Assembly (NCBI RefSeq): GCF_001194135.2
Contig: NC_068983.1
Coordinates: 20,075,462-20,130,404, forward strand
Origin: Octopus bimaculoides
Taxonomy: Eukaryota
DNA: 54,943 nt
Reading direction: 5' to 3'
The notes below the pieces were generated by a model. That model was not told the origin of the DNA. It saw nothing but the letters and a program-made list of their open reading frames with translations, and made no database searches. A program made the translations under genes and the position numbers. This document shows, one piece after another, positions 1 through 11,885 of this stretch. Within the stretch, counting starts at the first letter, position 1; every line of letters begins with the position of its first letter.

Positions 1-41
<41 letters not shown>

Positions 42-859
42 CACACATCTATGCATGTATCTGCTGTATATATTCTTAAAATCGTTCTCTCTCACTCCAC
101 CAACCTCTCTCATTTATATAACGGATACATGGCTCTGCTTATTCTTAAACACATGCATATATGCATACATAAATCTGTATGAGCATGTGTATTTGTGCCT
201 CTGTAACTTTAGATTCGTTGATTAGTAGCATGTAAATGCGAAGAAGTATAATCATGAAAAATAGTGACGGAATTCTTTCACTTTATTTCGTTGTTACTAA
301 GACAGCCGAATTATGGAAAATATAATGCGACAATGCGTAAATTTATGAAAATATATATTATAAACTACAGTTTATTATATACAGTTATGGGGGATATACA
401 ATTTAGGATTTTGCATCAACAACCACAAAAAAAAAAACAAACGAACGTGAACATTGGAAAGAACACAATTGTGACTAAATTGGTTTGCGTAAACTCACAG
501 CAGCTAAAGTGAAAACGTAGTTCAGAAAGCATCGTCTCTCTCGTTCATTGATTGACACATTCCTTTCGCCAGTTCTTTTGTAAGCAGACGGTTTCAAAAC
601 GTCTTTTAATAATTTTTTGTGTACAACAAGAAATCAATGCAGGATTTTGATTAAGTGAACAAAGGTTTGAAAACAATGTTACAGACGATTTGGAAAAGTA
701 AATGGAACATAGCCGCGTTGGAGATGAAATAAATGTATACCAAGTGATTACTTTTGCTTTTACTGGAACGTTGTCTACAAATATCACCTGTTATTTTTAG
801 TTATTTCCTCTAATGTTTTTTTTTTGTTTTGTTTTTCTTGTTTTTCCTTCGTCTTGTAG

Positions 860-914
860 ACTCTTCTACAGTGACATTTGTCTATGTCACCGCCAACTGC
901 AACGGAAATCGCAA
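860..914 (+). CDS. Candidate internal exon (55 nt) of an unidentified gene; reads (D)SSTVTFVYVTANCNGNR(K)
   Basis: Long pyrimidine tract ending gtcttgtAG at 859, donor CAA|GTAATC at 915, open in phase 1->2, phase-compatible with 3760-3805. No recognisable homology. Confidence 0.2.
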
Positions 915-1134
915 GTAATCCAAATTCTCAACACACTGTATTGCAAGTTTTAGCTCCTCCCTTATGACTATTTAGTCACCCGAACACTGTTCCATGCGGT
1001 CTTTTCCTCACTCACAGTGTCTAAAATGCTCGTTTCCATTTGAATTCATCAATTAGTTCATGGACCTGTGTTCCTTTATGACCAGACCAATTTATTTTAT
1101 TCGCAGCCTTCCTTTTCTTTGTGCCTCTTTTTCT

Positions 1135-1148
1135 CTCTCGTTCTCTCT

Positions 1149-1209
<61 letters not shown>

Positions 1210-1230
1210 TTCGTTCTTCTCTCTCTCTCT
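1135..1230. repeat. (CT)n microsatellite
   Basis: Direct reading; further (CT)n/(GA)n tracts at 2444-2511, 14335-14365, 37420-37490, 45412-45475. Confidence 0.95.
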
Positions 1231-2443
1231 CCCTTTAACATGCGTTATAGTCGATAATGCTTTGAACAGATTGCATTATAGAACGTATTCAGAATGCCTT
1301 CGTCTCTGATCTCAAATCCTGACTTCATTCCTAACCACGGAAGATGAACGGGATTTACTGTACAATTGTTAGACTGAATGCCATGTGGTATTTATTCCAT
1401 CTCTTTGCATTGTGAGTTTAAATCTCGCCATGGTCTACGTGGGTGATACAATCAATCCATTAACCGAATTAACACCACCAGGTGACACACTGGGAGATAA
1501 TCTTGATGCAAGCATACGATTTTGGTCTTCAGTTTGAAGATAACTTTCTACCATCTATCAGTCACAAAAGTAATCTATAGAGGCATGGTTGCTTCTCTTG
1601 GCCGAAAATATGTTTTTGCATTTAGCTCAGTTTATGAGCGCGCGCGTGTGAGAGTGCCTGCAAGTACATGTGACTGTGTGTGTACACTGTGTATGCGTAT
1701 GAGAAAGAGAAACAGAAAGCATTGGCTAGATGGATATAGGAGTACATATTTTATAAGTGTACATGTATGTACGTTCGTTTCAATACATATGTGAGTGTGC
1801 GGTGTTTGTGTGTATGTATACGTACTTATGTATCTATATAGTTTCGTTCCGCGTATATATATGCTCATATATGAATATTTCTTCATGCTACATTAATCTT
1901 TCCCGTGTGTAGCTGAGTGAAACATTTCGAAATACAAAACAAAAAAAAATAGAAAACAGAACCAGCAACATTAAATCCATGGCAAATGAGACGACAGCCA
2001 ACGTACTAAAGCCAGGATCTTGTGCTTTGCTCACTGAATAAATTCAGCTAGAAAATGGACGGCTTTTTTGACTTCATATTACTTCCGCTTGGCAACTAAG
2101 CAGCTATATAGCAACTGACTACAGTAGTATTTTTTTTTCATTTGTTTCTTACTTTCTTCTTTACTTTTCTTTTCATTTCTGCTTCTTTTTCCTATCATTT
2201 AAAGTTTTGTTGCTGTTTCTTTTTGTTATTTAGTAATATAATGAGTTGTCCATTCAAGAAAGGAAGGCAAATCAGGTCCGATTTCAGGATATAGTAGATG
2301 ATTCAGACATGTTTTTTTCCTTGACATAATATATATAAATGAATTTATTTATTTACATGTACATATGCATATGAGCAAGTATATTTATCGTGTGTGCAGA
2401 TATACATGCATGTGTATATACGTATGTGTGTATATATCTCAGG

Positions 2444-2511
<68 letters not shown>

Positions 2512-3123
2512 NNNNNNNNNNNNNNNNNNNNNNNNNNNNNNNNNNNNNNNNNNNNNNNNNNNNNNNNNNNNNNNNNNNNNNNNNNNNNNNNNNNNNNNNN
2601 NNNNNNNNNNNNNNNNNNNNNNNNNNNNNNNNNNNNNNNNNNNNNNNNNNNNNNNNNNNNNNNNNNNNNNNNNNNNNNNNNNNNNNNNNNNNNNNNNNNN
2701 NNNNNNNNNNNNNNNNNNNNNNNNNNNNNNNNNNNNNNNNNNNNNNNNNNNNNNNNNNNNNNNNNNNNNNNNNNNNNNNNNNNNNNNNNNNNNNATATAT
2801 ATATATATATATAAGTATATATATATACATACACACATACATACATACATACATACATAGAGAAAAACTGATAAACAGATTCCAATATATATATATAAAC
2901 CTGTTGTGGGTGGCTATTTAGATGTACGTGTGCATGTATGTATGTATGTATGTATGTATGTATGTATGTGTGTATGTATGTATGTATCTATGTGTGTGTA
3001 TGTTTGTGTGTATGCGTGTTTGTAGTTCAGCTTACTACTGTTCTTTTTAATATTTTTCTTTCTAGATTTTTCTTGTTTCTTTTTACTTGCCCTCTTTTTT
3101 TCTTTTCTTCTTTCGTCACCCAC

Positions 3124-3219
3124 CTTCCGCATATAGTGTGACACATCTATTGAATGAGGAATCAAGATTCCAGTACTTGATGTTGATGATTCAGGATAGT
3201 TCCTTGACCTAAAGTTCAT
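3124..3219 (-). CDS. Candidate internal exon (96 nt, phase 0->0): [32 protein letters not shown]
   Basis: Minus-strand acceptor gtacgtttccAG and donor AAG|GTGGGT, one open frame, non-repetitive island between microsatellites. No recognisable homology. Confidence 0.2.
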
Positions 3220-3393
3220 CTGGAAACGTACACAATTGTATATAAATACACACACACCCATACATACATACACACATCCATACATATTTACAGAATACAT
3301 AATACATATACGCATATATACATATATGTATATATGTATATATGCGTATATGTATTATGTATATATATATATATATGTATGTATTGGTATGTT

Positions 3394-3456
<63 letters not shown>

Positions 3457-3759
3457 ATCTACATATAAATACATACACATTCATACATACATACATATGT
3501 GTATGTGTCTGTGTGCACGCACGTGTGTATCACCGACCACTTTTTCGTTTTCGTTTGTTTGTTTGTTTGTTTTTTGCAAGCTTTGTTACGTTTTTATGTG
3601 TTAGCATTTGTATGTAGCAAATGTAAAAACAAAAACAAAATAGGAAAGAAAATAAAAAAACGAAAATGGGATTGTCAAAATGATTTCCTATTCGCCCTAT
3701 TTCTTACTTTATGCCTCTCTTTTCGTTGTTTAGTGTTTCTTCTTTTATTCACACCGCAG

Positions 3760-3805
3760 GATTGTCATTGAGGGCACAGCTAGCTCTGATTTCTTGATGA
3801 CTTTG
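3760..3805 (+). CDS. Candidate internal exon (46 nt, phase 2->0): IVIEGTASSDFLMTL
   Basis: Acceptor tttcttcttttattcacaccgcAG, donor TTG|GTAAAT, only one open frame. Confidence 0.2.
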
Positions 3806-4180
3806 GTAAATTAGGTCATTACTCTAGCATCTTCCAGTAGCTTCCATCAGTCAAGGTTGGACGTGAGCATATACATGTATGCACAGACTGTATNNNNNNN
3901 NNNNNNNNNNNNNNNNNNNNNNNNNNNNNNNNNNNNNNNNNNNNNNNNNNNNNNNNNNNNNNNNNNNNNNNNNNNNNNNNNNNNNNNNNNNNNNNNNNNN
4001 NNNNNNNNNNNNNNNNNNNNNNNNNNNNNNNNNNNNNNNNNNNNNNNNNNNNNNNNNNNNNNNNNNNNGTTCGGTGAGAACATCGACCCCACCAAAGCTA
4101 TGCTGGTACTTATTGTATATATCTGGGGTTCTGAACCATCTTTTACCTATGTACCCCTCTGATTACTATTTTACTCAGTT

Positions 4181-4550
4181 GGGTCATTGTGGTTAGGGCA
4201 GCGGACTCGCAGTCATAGGATCGCGGTTTCTATTCCCAGACCGAGCATTGTGAGTGTTTATTGAGCGAAAACACCTAAAGCTCCACAAGGCTCCAGCAGG
4301 GGATGGTAGCGAACCCTGCTGTACTCTTTCACCACAGCTTTCTCTCACTCTTACTTCCTGTTTCTGTTGTACTTGTAATTCAAAGGGCCAGCCTTGTCAC
4401 ACTGTGTCACACTCAATATCTCCGAGAGCTACGTTAAGGGTACACGCGTGTGTGAAGTGCTCAGCCACTTGCACGTTAATTTCACAAACAGGCTGTTCCG
4501 TTGAACGGTTCAAATGGAATCCTCGATGTCGTAAGCGACGGAGTGCCAAC
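4181..4550 (+). mobile_element. tRNA(Arg)-like SINE, family C (OR-type octopus SINE), copy 1
   Basis: A-box-like gtggttagggc, gactcgcagtc anticodon-like arm, B-box-like ggtttctattccc, tail gtcgtaagcgacggagtgccaac; colinear with 6528-6907 and 8684-9004. Confidence 0.9.
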
Positions 4551-4689
4551 TCAGGTGAAATCCTATAGTCATTTGATGTCTAAAATCTAGTTATATAAGC
4601 TTCTTTCAAACTTCCTATTTTGTTTTTCACACATGAACTTGTGTAGGTTAAACTACGTAAAATGATAGGGATAGAAGCCTAGCTGTTTG

Positions 4690-4811
4690 TTGCAATACAT
4701 ACTAATACATACATCTGAAACAAAACTTTTTGTATTGCGACCCCCAATGTTCTCACCCCAAAACTTATATGGGCCCTCAGGTGGCTTATGGATCCCGGTT
4801 GAGAACCACAG
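4690..4811. mobile_element. hAT-like MITE end fragment
   Basis: Ends in ggttgagaaccacagg, the reverse complement of the CAGTGGTTCTCAACC-type terminus of hAT/Charlie-type non-autonomous elements; similar ends at 24513-24780 and 52580-52801. Confidence 0.55.
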
Positions 4812-5270
4812 GTGCTGAAGGGATAAAAGGTAAAGTCGATCTTGGAATTTGCACTAATTTTATTATAAATATTAGCATTTGACCATGCAAGCAGATCCCG
4901 TCTCTACAAAAAGCTGAACGCGATATTCCTTCAAAAGCATTGTTGTTTACTTGGGTGAATAGAACTAGCATCTCTTTCTTCGTGCCTATTGCAGTGAGAA
5001 CGTAAATATCTGGAATAAAAAATGCAAGGCGTATTGTCCGAATCGGTAATTGTTCCGTTAAGCAACACCTCTGGATTAATATTTACTTTATCGACCACGA
5101 AAGGACTGGTGCCAAAATTCATTTGAACTAGACAAATTATATATGTGTATATACAGTTATAGGTATGTGGCTGTGTACGTATCTATTTATCTATCTCTCT
5201 ATGTATACACACATTATATATATACCTATTTATCTATTTATACACACATTATATATGCATATATATATAT

Positions 5271-5430
5271 AATTAAAAGGGTAAAGGTTTATCAATTTAT
5301 TAATTTATTTATAAATTAACGATAAATAATTTTTACCAAGCCCTTCGGTATGTAATCACCAATGGTAAAAATTATTAATTGTTAATTTATTAATAAATTA
5401 ATAAATTGATAAACCTTTACCCTTTTAATT
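5271..5430. repeat. 160-bp AT-rich fold-back palindrome (MITE-like)
   Basis: aattaaaagggtaaaggtttatcaatttattaatttatt at 5271 is the exact reverse complement of the sequence ending at 5430; inner arms also pair, leaving a ~24-nt loop. Confidence 0.85.
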
Positions 5431-6527
5431 GTAATATTTATTCACTCCCTGATAGTAAACCGCACATTTTCTGCGGTATTGCTTGTGACGCACATGGTAA
5501 TTTCTTGAGGAGGAATAGTGGACTGGCTGGCCTATGTAGGTTCGGGTGTGTTTCCAGGTTGTGCCGATGCATGATGTTCACTCGTTCATGCATGCACAGT
5601 TTGCTAGCACCGTCGAATTTACAACTAGAATATCATACCGATGAAGGAAATGGAGTGCTATCGCTCCTAATCCAAAAACGCGTCTATGATTAACTTCGAC
5701 TGGTTAGTTTTCATTGTTTTTCTTCTTGTTTTGCCTTTGTAAGTTACAAGTAATGCTATCTGTTGGAGTCTCAGCATTTTAGCTGCTATTTCTGAAGTTC
5801 GGTATGTGGTGAAGCAACTGTTTGCTGATCCCTTAATTATGTTTATGTGCATATATATATACATAAATATGTGTGTGTGTATGTCTGTCTGTGTGTACGT
5901 ATATGTGTGCCTGTTTACATTTTTCAAAAAGTTCTTATACAGTCAATATTTAAAGATATTTTTGAGAGTTGTTAGCAATTAAAAAAAAATAATTTTGTAT
6001 AAACAGAATGTCACAAGACCTTTGGGAAGAAGTTTTAGTATAGCATATATGATATGTGTAAGCGCTTTCGTTGTTCACTTTTTCAGTCGCACATGTTCTG
6101 GACTACGCAGGAAATTGTTCTTAGTAATGGTGTCAACTATTTTCGATATAGTTTTGAATTTAGAATTCTTTAAAATATTCTTCTTTTGTCTTTCTTATTT
6201 GAATATTTACGTCTTTTATTTCTTAAAAAGGAAATGTTTTGTATTTTCCATTTGCACAGTTACCTATATGGATTTGTACAAATGGAATATGCAGTATTTT
6301 GCAAATTTTAACAGAATAAAAACGAAAGGCAAAACAATATTTTTCTAATACTTTCGTAATGTTTTCATACACATGTTCGATTTAATCGTCTTTAAATTCC
6401 TGACGTCCCTATCCACAAATATGTGGCAGTATTTATTCAAATACAAAAACATAGCAATCTGAAACAAAGAATACATTCTTCAAAATTGTTTCAAAATGTT
6501 CTATACCTCGTGCGTTATAGAACAATA

Positions 6528-6907
6528 GGGTGGCACAATGGCCCTGTGGTTAGGACAGCGGACTCGCAGTCATCGGATCGCGGTTTCGATTCCCAGACAG
6601 GGCGTTGTGAGTGTTTATTGAGCGAAAACACCTAAAGCTCCACTAGGCTCCGGCAGGGGATGATAGCGAACCCTGCTGTACTCTTTCACCACAACTTTCT
6701 CTCACTCTTATTTCCTGTTTCTGTTGTGCCTGTAGTTCAAAGGGTCAGCCATGTCACACTGTGTCACGCTGAATATCCCCGAGAACTACGTTAAGGGTAT
6801 ACGTGTCTATGGAGTGCTCAGCCACTTGCACGTTAATTTCACGAGCAGGCTGTTCCGTTGATCGGATCAACTGGAAACCTCGACGTCGTAAGCGACGGAG
6901 TGCCAAC
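6528..6907 (+). mobile_element. tRNA(Arg)-like SINE, family C, copy 2 (near full length)
   Basis: gggtggcacaatggccctgtggttaggacagcggactcgcagtcatcggatcgcggtttcgattccc ... cgtaagcgacggagtgccaac. Confidence 0.92.
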
Positions 6908-6924
6908 NNNNNNNNNNTATCAAA

Positions 6925-7125
6925 GGCGGTGAGCTGACAAATCTGTTAGCACGCCGGGCTAAATGCAAAATGGCATTCCGCCCGTGGCTACGTTCTGCTT
7001 TCATATTGACTTTGTTTTACACTATTTCCGAGTCAATGAAATACGTACCAGTTTCGACAATGCGGTCGAGTAATCGACTTGTCCCTTCCCCCAAATTTCA
7101 GGTTTTGTGCATATAACAGAAAAGG
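6925..7125 (+). mobile_element. tRNA-derived SINE family A, degenerate copy
   Basis: Head ggcggtgagctgacaaatctgttagcacgccgggc, colinear with 42436-42660. Confidence 0.8.
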
Positions 7126-7331
7126 TTATTATGAATGTTACGCTTACTGGCTGTGTGCAACAAAGCAGAACAACGTAGAAGAGGACGTGTTGTAAGGTCT
7201 AATGACGTGACTTACAGCCCAATATGTATTGACACATGTCCAGGTGAAGATTTTGTCACCGGAGAAAATTGCTACACTAATAGATTTGTGACATTCGATT
7301 AAACCCTAGAGTGTGAAATACGAATTTACAC

Positions 7332-7366
<35 letters not shown>

Positions 7367-7818
7367 NNNNNNNNNNNNNNNNNNNNNNNNNNNNNNNNNN
7401 NNNNNNNNNNNNNNNNNNNNNNNNNNNNNNNNNNNNNNNNNNNNNNNNNNNNNNNNNNNNNNNNNNNNNNNNNNNNNNNNNNNNNNNNNNNNNNNNNNNN
7501 NNNNNNNNNNNNNNNNNNNNNNNNNNNNNNNNNNNNNNNNNNNNNNNNNNNNNNNNNNNNNNNNNNNNNNNNNNNNNNNNNNNNNNNNNNNNNNNNNNNN
7601 NNNNNNNNNNNNNNNNNNNNNNNNNNNNNNNNNNNNNNNNNNNNNNNNNNNNNNNNNNNNNNNNNNNNNNNNNNNNNNNNNNCGGAATATAATTAGTTCG
7701 AAGTAGATTTTGTAAGCAAACAATCGCGTGTACATGATTTACATTATTTACATTTGACGGATATTTGTCCAATAGAAGAGAATATGACCAAAGATTGTGT
7801 GTACTCCATCCCATGCAG

Positions 7819-7859
7819 CTGATGAAGGCTGGAGGGTATATCAGCCGAAACATTGTGTT
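7819..7859 (+). ncRNA. Penelope-type small hammerhead ribozyme core, probably decayed
   Basis: CTGATGA (7819-7825), A, stem II GGCTG/CAGCC with 10-nt loop, GAAAC (7847-7851). Stem I partner not evident; enclosed by a 29-bp inverted repeat (7742-7770/7877-7905). Confidence 0.6.
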
Positions 7860-7942
7860 GACAACAAAGAAGATGAGGACAAATATCCGCCAAATGTAAA
7901 TAATGCACTTAATTCCTCATCTCTTAAAGATAGAAATGTATT

Positions 7943-8238
7943 AAACTATCGTGCGTTTTTTTACTGCGAATGGTTTTGTTAAGCAGTGCCGATTTTTACA
8001 GTTCTAGAAATAATAATAATAGAGCAGATAGCGACCACCACGCAATGACTAAAAAAAATAGTCTAACAATGGTTCGCTAGTGTAACATGTTCTATTCGTA
8101 GACTATTTTCTTCAGTCATTGCGCGGTGATCGTCATCAGCGTTAAGCTTATAAAATACTATTATTGTTATTCACAGAACTGTAAAAATCGGCACTGCTTA
8201 ACAAAACCATTCACAGTAAAAAAAGCACAGGATAGTTT
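7943..8238. repeat. ~295-bp imperfect fold-back (arms ~120-140 bp, ~33-nt loop)
   Basis: aatggttttgttaagcagtgccgatttttacagttct pairs with agaactgtaaaaatcggcactgcttaacaaaaccatt; inner cgcaatgact...aatagtcta pairs with tagactatt...agtcattgcg. Confidence 0.9.
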
Positions 8239-8297
8239 GTTTAGAAAAACAACTACCAACTAATCATAGTTCTTAAATCTGACAGAGAAAGCAGGTA

Positions 8298-8470
8298 GGT
8301 TCGCTAGTGTAATTGGTATTACATCAGATCGCGTAAGCCGGCGGTTATGATTTCGAATCCCATACGTACAGAAAAACTAATTTTTTTCTGTCGAGGGCTT
8401 ATATGTCCCGTTATTAGACTATTTTTCTTTAGTCATTGCACGGTGATCGCTTATAAGCTTATAAAATATT
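8298..8470 (+). mobile_element. Short tRNA-like SINE relic related to the 7943-8238 fold-back
   Basis: A-box-like tagtgtaattggt and B-box-like gatttcgaatccc, followed by the same tagactatt...gtcattgc.cggtgatcg...aagcttataaaata segment seen at 8099-8160. Confidence 0.5.
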
Positions 8471-8683
8471 ATCATTATGCACTGAAAATATATATATATA
8501 TATATATATATATAATCACACCGAAAGAAAATGGAAGACACATAGATTGGGTGAAAAGAGATTTATAAATATCATGCGTGTACACCTATACCTATAATCA
8601 TGTGTGTGCTTGCATGTGAATATGCGTCTGCATACATCTTAGATATATAAATATATACCTACATAGTACACATATGTATGTGT

Positions 8684-9004
8684 GGGGAGGCGCAATGACA
8701 CAGTGGTTAGAGCAGTGGCCTCGCGGTCGTAGGATCGCGGTTTCGATTCCCAGAGCGGACGTTATGAGTGTTTATTGAACGAAAACACCTATAGTTCCAC
8801 GAGGCTCCGACCTGTGGGTGGTGGTGAACCCTGCTGTACTTTTTCACCACAACTTTCTCTTACTCTTTCTTCCTGTTTTTGTTGTACCTGTATTTCAAAG
8901 GGCCAGCCTTATCACACTCTATGGCACACTAAATCTCCTTGAGTGCTATATTAAGGGTACACGTGTCTTTGGAGTGCTCGGCCACTTGCACGTTAATTTC
9001 GCCT
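8684..9004 (+). mobile_element. tRNA(Arg)-like SINE, family C, copy 3 (3' truncated)
   Basis: ggggaggcgcaatgacacagtggttagagcagtggcctcgcggtcgtaggatcgcggtttcgattccc; ends at cacgttaatttc. Confidence 0.9.
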
Positions 9005-9587
9005 GAGTTTCTGGATAATCTTTCGTTCCTTTAAGAATATTGCAGAACGGAAACTTTAAATTTAAACCCTAATCACTAGAAATTTATCGTTTGTCGAAAG
9101 CATTGAATTTCAATTACTTTTTATTTTTACGATTATAGATAACAGCACGAGTTGTAACTTCCGAGCCCGAGTCAGGCGTGTGTGAACGATGTCGAGAGAA
9201 CGTCTGCTATGAATGATATTTTTTTTGACACTGGGCACCAGAAGACCAGCGCGAGATACTGAACAGAAATAAATGAATGGCCACCAGGATCACTAAAACG
9301 AGTCCGAGTTATTGGTTGAAATTACATGCTTGAAGTCAGTGTCGGCAGAAATTGAGTCAGCTTGCTACTATACCCGAGCAGCCCGAATGCCTTGATCGTC
9401 GCTGCTAAATAAATAAACGGGATAAAAATTATTAAAAATAGTAATTTATACTAGTGGCTAGCATGTGTAAAAATGTCAGTAGACATAAATATTTTTAAAT
9501 ATATATGAGTGTATAAAAAATATAGATAGATAACTTTCTTTTATTAGCCACACAGGGCTGCACACAGAGGGGACAAATACAATCTAG

Positions 9588-9589
<2 letters not shown>

Positions 9590-9621
<32 letters not shown>

Positions 9622-9722
9622 ATAGATGAATAGATAGATAGAAAGATACATACATACACATATACGTACACGCAAACACATATGCATATATATTTATATA
9701 CACAGATTTATACATGTGTATT

Positions 9723-9763
<41 letters not shown>

Positions 9764-9790
9764 GTGTGTGTGAGTGTGTATGTATATATG
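9590..9790. repeat. (TAGA)n and (TG)n microsatellites
   Basis: Direct reading; long (TAGA)n also at 12236-12380 and 16546-16600. Confidence 0.95.
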
Positions 9791-9859
9791 TACACACGCA
9801 TGAACACACAAACGTGCACACATAAACACACAGACGTACACACTCACGTACACATGTAC

Positions 9860-9990
9860 ACATGCGGCAGCTGTCTACCAAATTCACACACAAGGCATTG
9901 GTCGGTCAGGGGCTCTAGCAGCAAACACTCGCTTGTTGGTGCTCACTGGGACTGAACCCAAAACTATGTAGCTGCAACACGAAATTCTTA
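9860..9990 (-). mobile_element. SINE family B fragment
   Basis: ctaccaaattcacacacaaggcattggtcggtcagggctct...gggactgaaccc matches the reverse of the 27793-27960 head. Confidence 0.75.
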
Positions 9991-10396
9991 ATAATACACA
10001 CATGACTGCAACTGTAGCAGCATCAATAAGTACCCCTAAAACCCCAATGCACTCTATCAAATGGCGAATGTTTTACGCATCATTAAAATACAGAACGCGG
10101 AAGCCTTAATGCGGTTCCTTGCTAACTAGACTTTTTACCGTACTACATATGAGTCACATGTTTTCTTCGTTTTGTAAGTTGGCAGCCGTCTCATGTTCAT
10201 AAAATAAAAAAGATGAGCTGATAAAACTTCTGTAAATCATGGGATTATGCAGATATATGGCTCCATGACACGTATGCTGCTCACTGATTACTTTTAGTTA
10301 AATATACAGTGGTAATCAAGAGCAAAATAATCTGAAACTAATTCAGCTGCATTATTATTATTATTATTATTACTATTATTATTATAATCATCATCA

Positions 10397-10466
<70 letters not shown>

Positions 10467-10769
10467 CGAAAAAATAATAATTAAATAAAATTGTTTATGC
10501 ATGTATATAATTTTACATTAAACGAAGACGGACAAAGATATATAAAATACCACTCAATTTTACTTCGTCTGTCTTTAAACCAAAGCTCTGAAGAGACTTA
10601 TATAAGTGGGTTGAAATGTTTATAAATGAAATAATGTATATAAGTCGAAACAAATTGTTGGCTCTTTTCCTTTTTTAATGAATTTTTAATGTTATATTAT
10701 ATTATATTCATAATATATTATGTTATATTATAATATGAATAAATTATTGGATTGTCAATTCAATACTCT

Positions 10770-11335
10770 TTATTCTCTTTTACTTGTTTCAGTCATTTGG
10801 CTGTGGCTATGCTGGAGCACCGCCTTTAGTCGAGCAAATCGATCCTAGGACTTATTCTTTGTAAGCCAAGTAATTTTGCCGAACCGCTAAGTTACGAGGA
10901 CGTGAACACACCAGCATCGGTTGTCAAGACACACACACATATACGCACGCACGCACACACACACACATATATATAAATGTATATATATNNNNNNNNNNNN
11001 NNNNNNNNNNNNNNNNNNNNNNNNNNNNNNNNNNNNNNNNNNNNNNNNNNNNNNNNNNNNNNTATATATATATATATATATATACCGGAGTAAGCACAAA
11101 AACTGTCCGATGAACGGGAGCGTGAAACTCAGAGTAACGGTTTTTTTGTTATATTTCTGCTGCTTTAAATAAAGTATATATATATATACATATATACGAC
11201 GAGCCTCTTTCAGTTTTCATTTACCAAATCCACTCACAAGGCTTTGGTCGGCCCGAGGCTGTAGTAAACACTTGCCGAAGGTACCACGCAGTGGGACTGA
11301 ACACGGAACCATGTGGTTCGTAAGCCATTCTACGC
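10770..11335 (-). mobile_element. Composite SINE family B (tRNA/CORE-like head + internal microsatellite + 3' module)
   Basis: Head at 11195-11335, internal (TA)/(CA) tract with N-gap, 3' module at 10770-10925; same order as 27793-28170 reversed. Confidence 0.85.
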
Positions 11336-11492
11336 CTATAAAAATATATATTTAAAAAAATGAATAGAACACATTTGTATCATAGATAGTTTACATAAAT
11401 GAAAACAAGTGAACTAAGCTAAACAACTAAAAAGTCCAGTGACTTGAACTTGATCAATAAATACAAATAACAGTACATCACAATACCAAGTC

Positions 11493-11712
11493 AAGGCGGC
11501 GAGCTGGTAGAATCGTTAGTACGCATGACAAAATGCTTAGCGGCATTACTTCTGTTTTTATGTTCTGATTTCAAATAACACTGTGGTCCACTTTGTTTTT
11601 CATCATTTCCTGATCGATTAAAATAAGTACGGGATGAACACTGGAGGCGATGTAACCGACTTATACTCTCAAACGAAATTGCTGGCCTTGTTCCAGAATT
11701 TGGAACCAATAA
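11493..11712 (+). mobile_element. SINE family A, full length, tail type B
   Basis: ggcggcgagctggtagaatcgttag... ends ggccttgttccagaatttggaaccaataata. Confidence 0.88.
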
Positions 11713-11789
11713 TACTTTGAAGTTTTAGTACAAGGCTAGAAATTTCGAGAGTGAGGTAAGCCAATTACTTTGGCACCGCTTCTCGACGT

Positions 11790-11885
11790 ATTCTATTGAC
11801 TGTGAAAAGCAAACACAACGTTGGCGGAATTTGAAATCAGAACATAAAAATGGACGAAATGACGCTAAGCATTTTGTCCGGTGGC
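11790..11885 (-). mobile_element. SINE family A 5' fragment, inverted relative to 11493-11712
   Basis: ggcggaatttgaaatcagaac...gctaagcattttgtccgg is the reverse of the family A head. Confidence 0.75.

Noticed and set aside
6528-6610. tRNA genes at SINE heads (also 4181, 8684, 27793, 42436)
   Set aside because: A/B boxes are present, but no complete cloverleaf is evident and each continues into a repeated SINE body.
10587-10625. Second hammerhead-like string CTGAAGA...GGTT-GAAAT
   Set aside because: Stem II is weak and stem I does not pair beyond one base; at most a very decayed relic.
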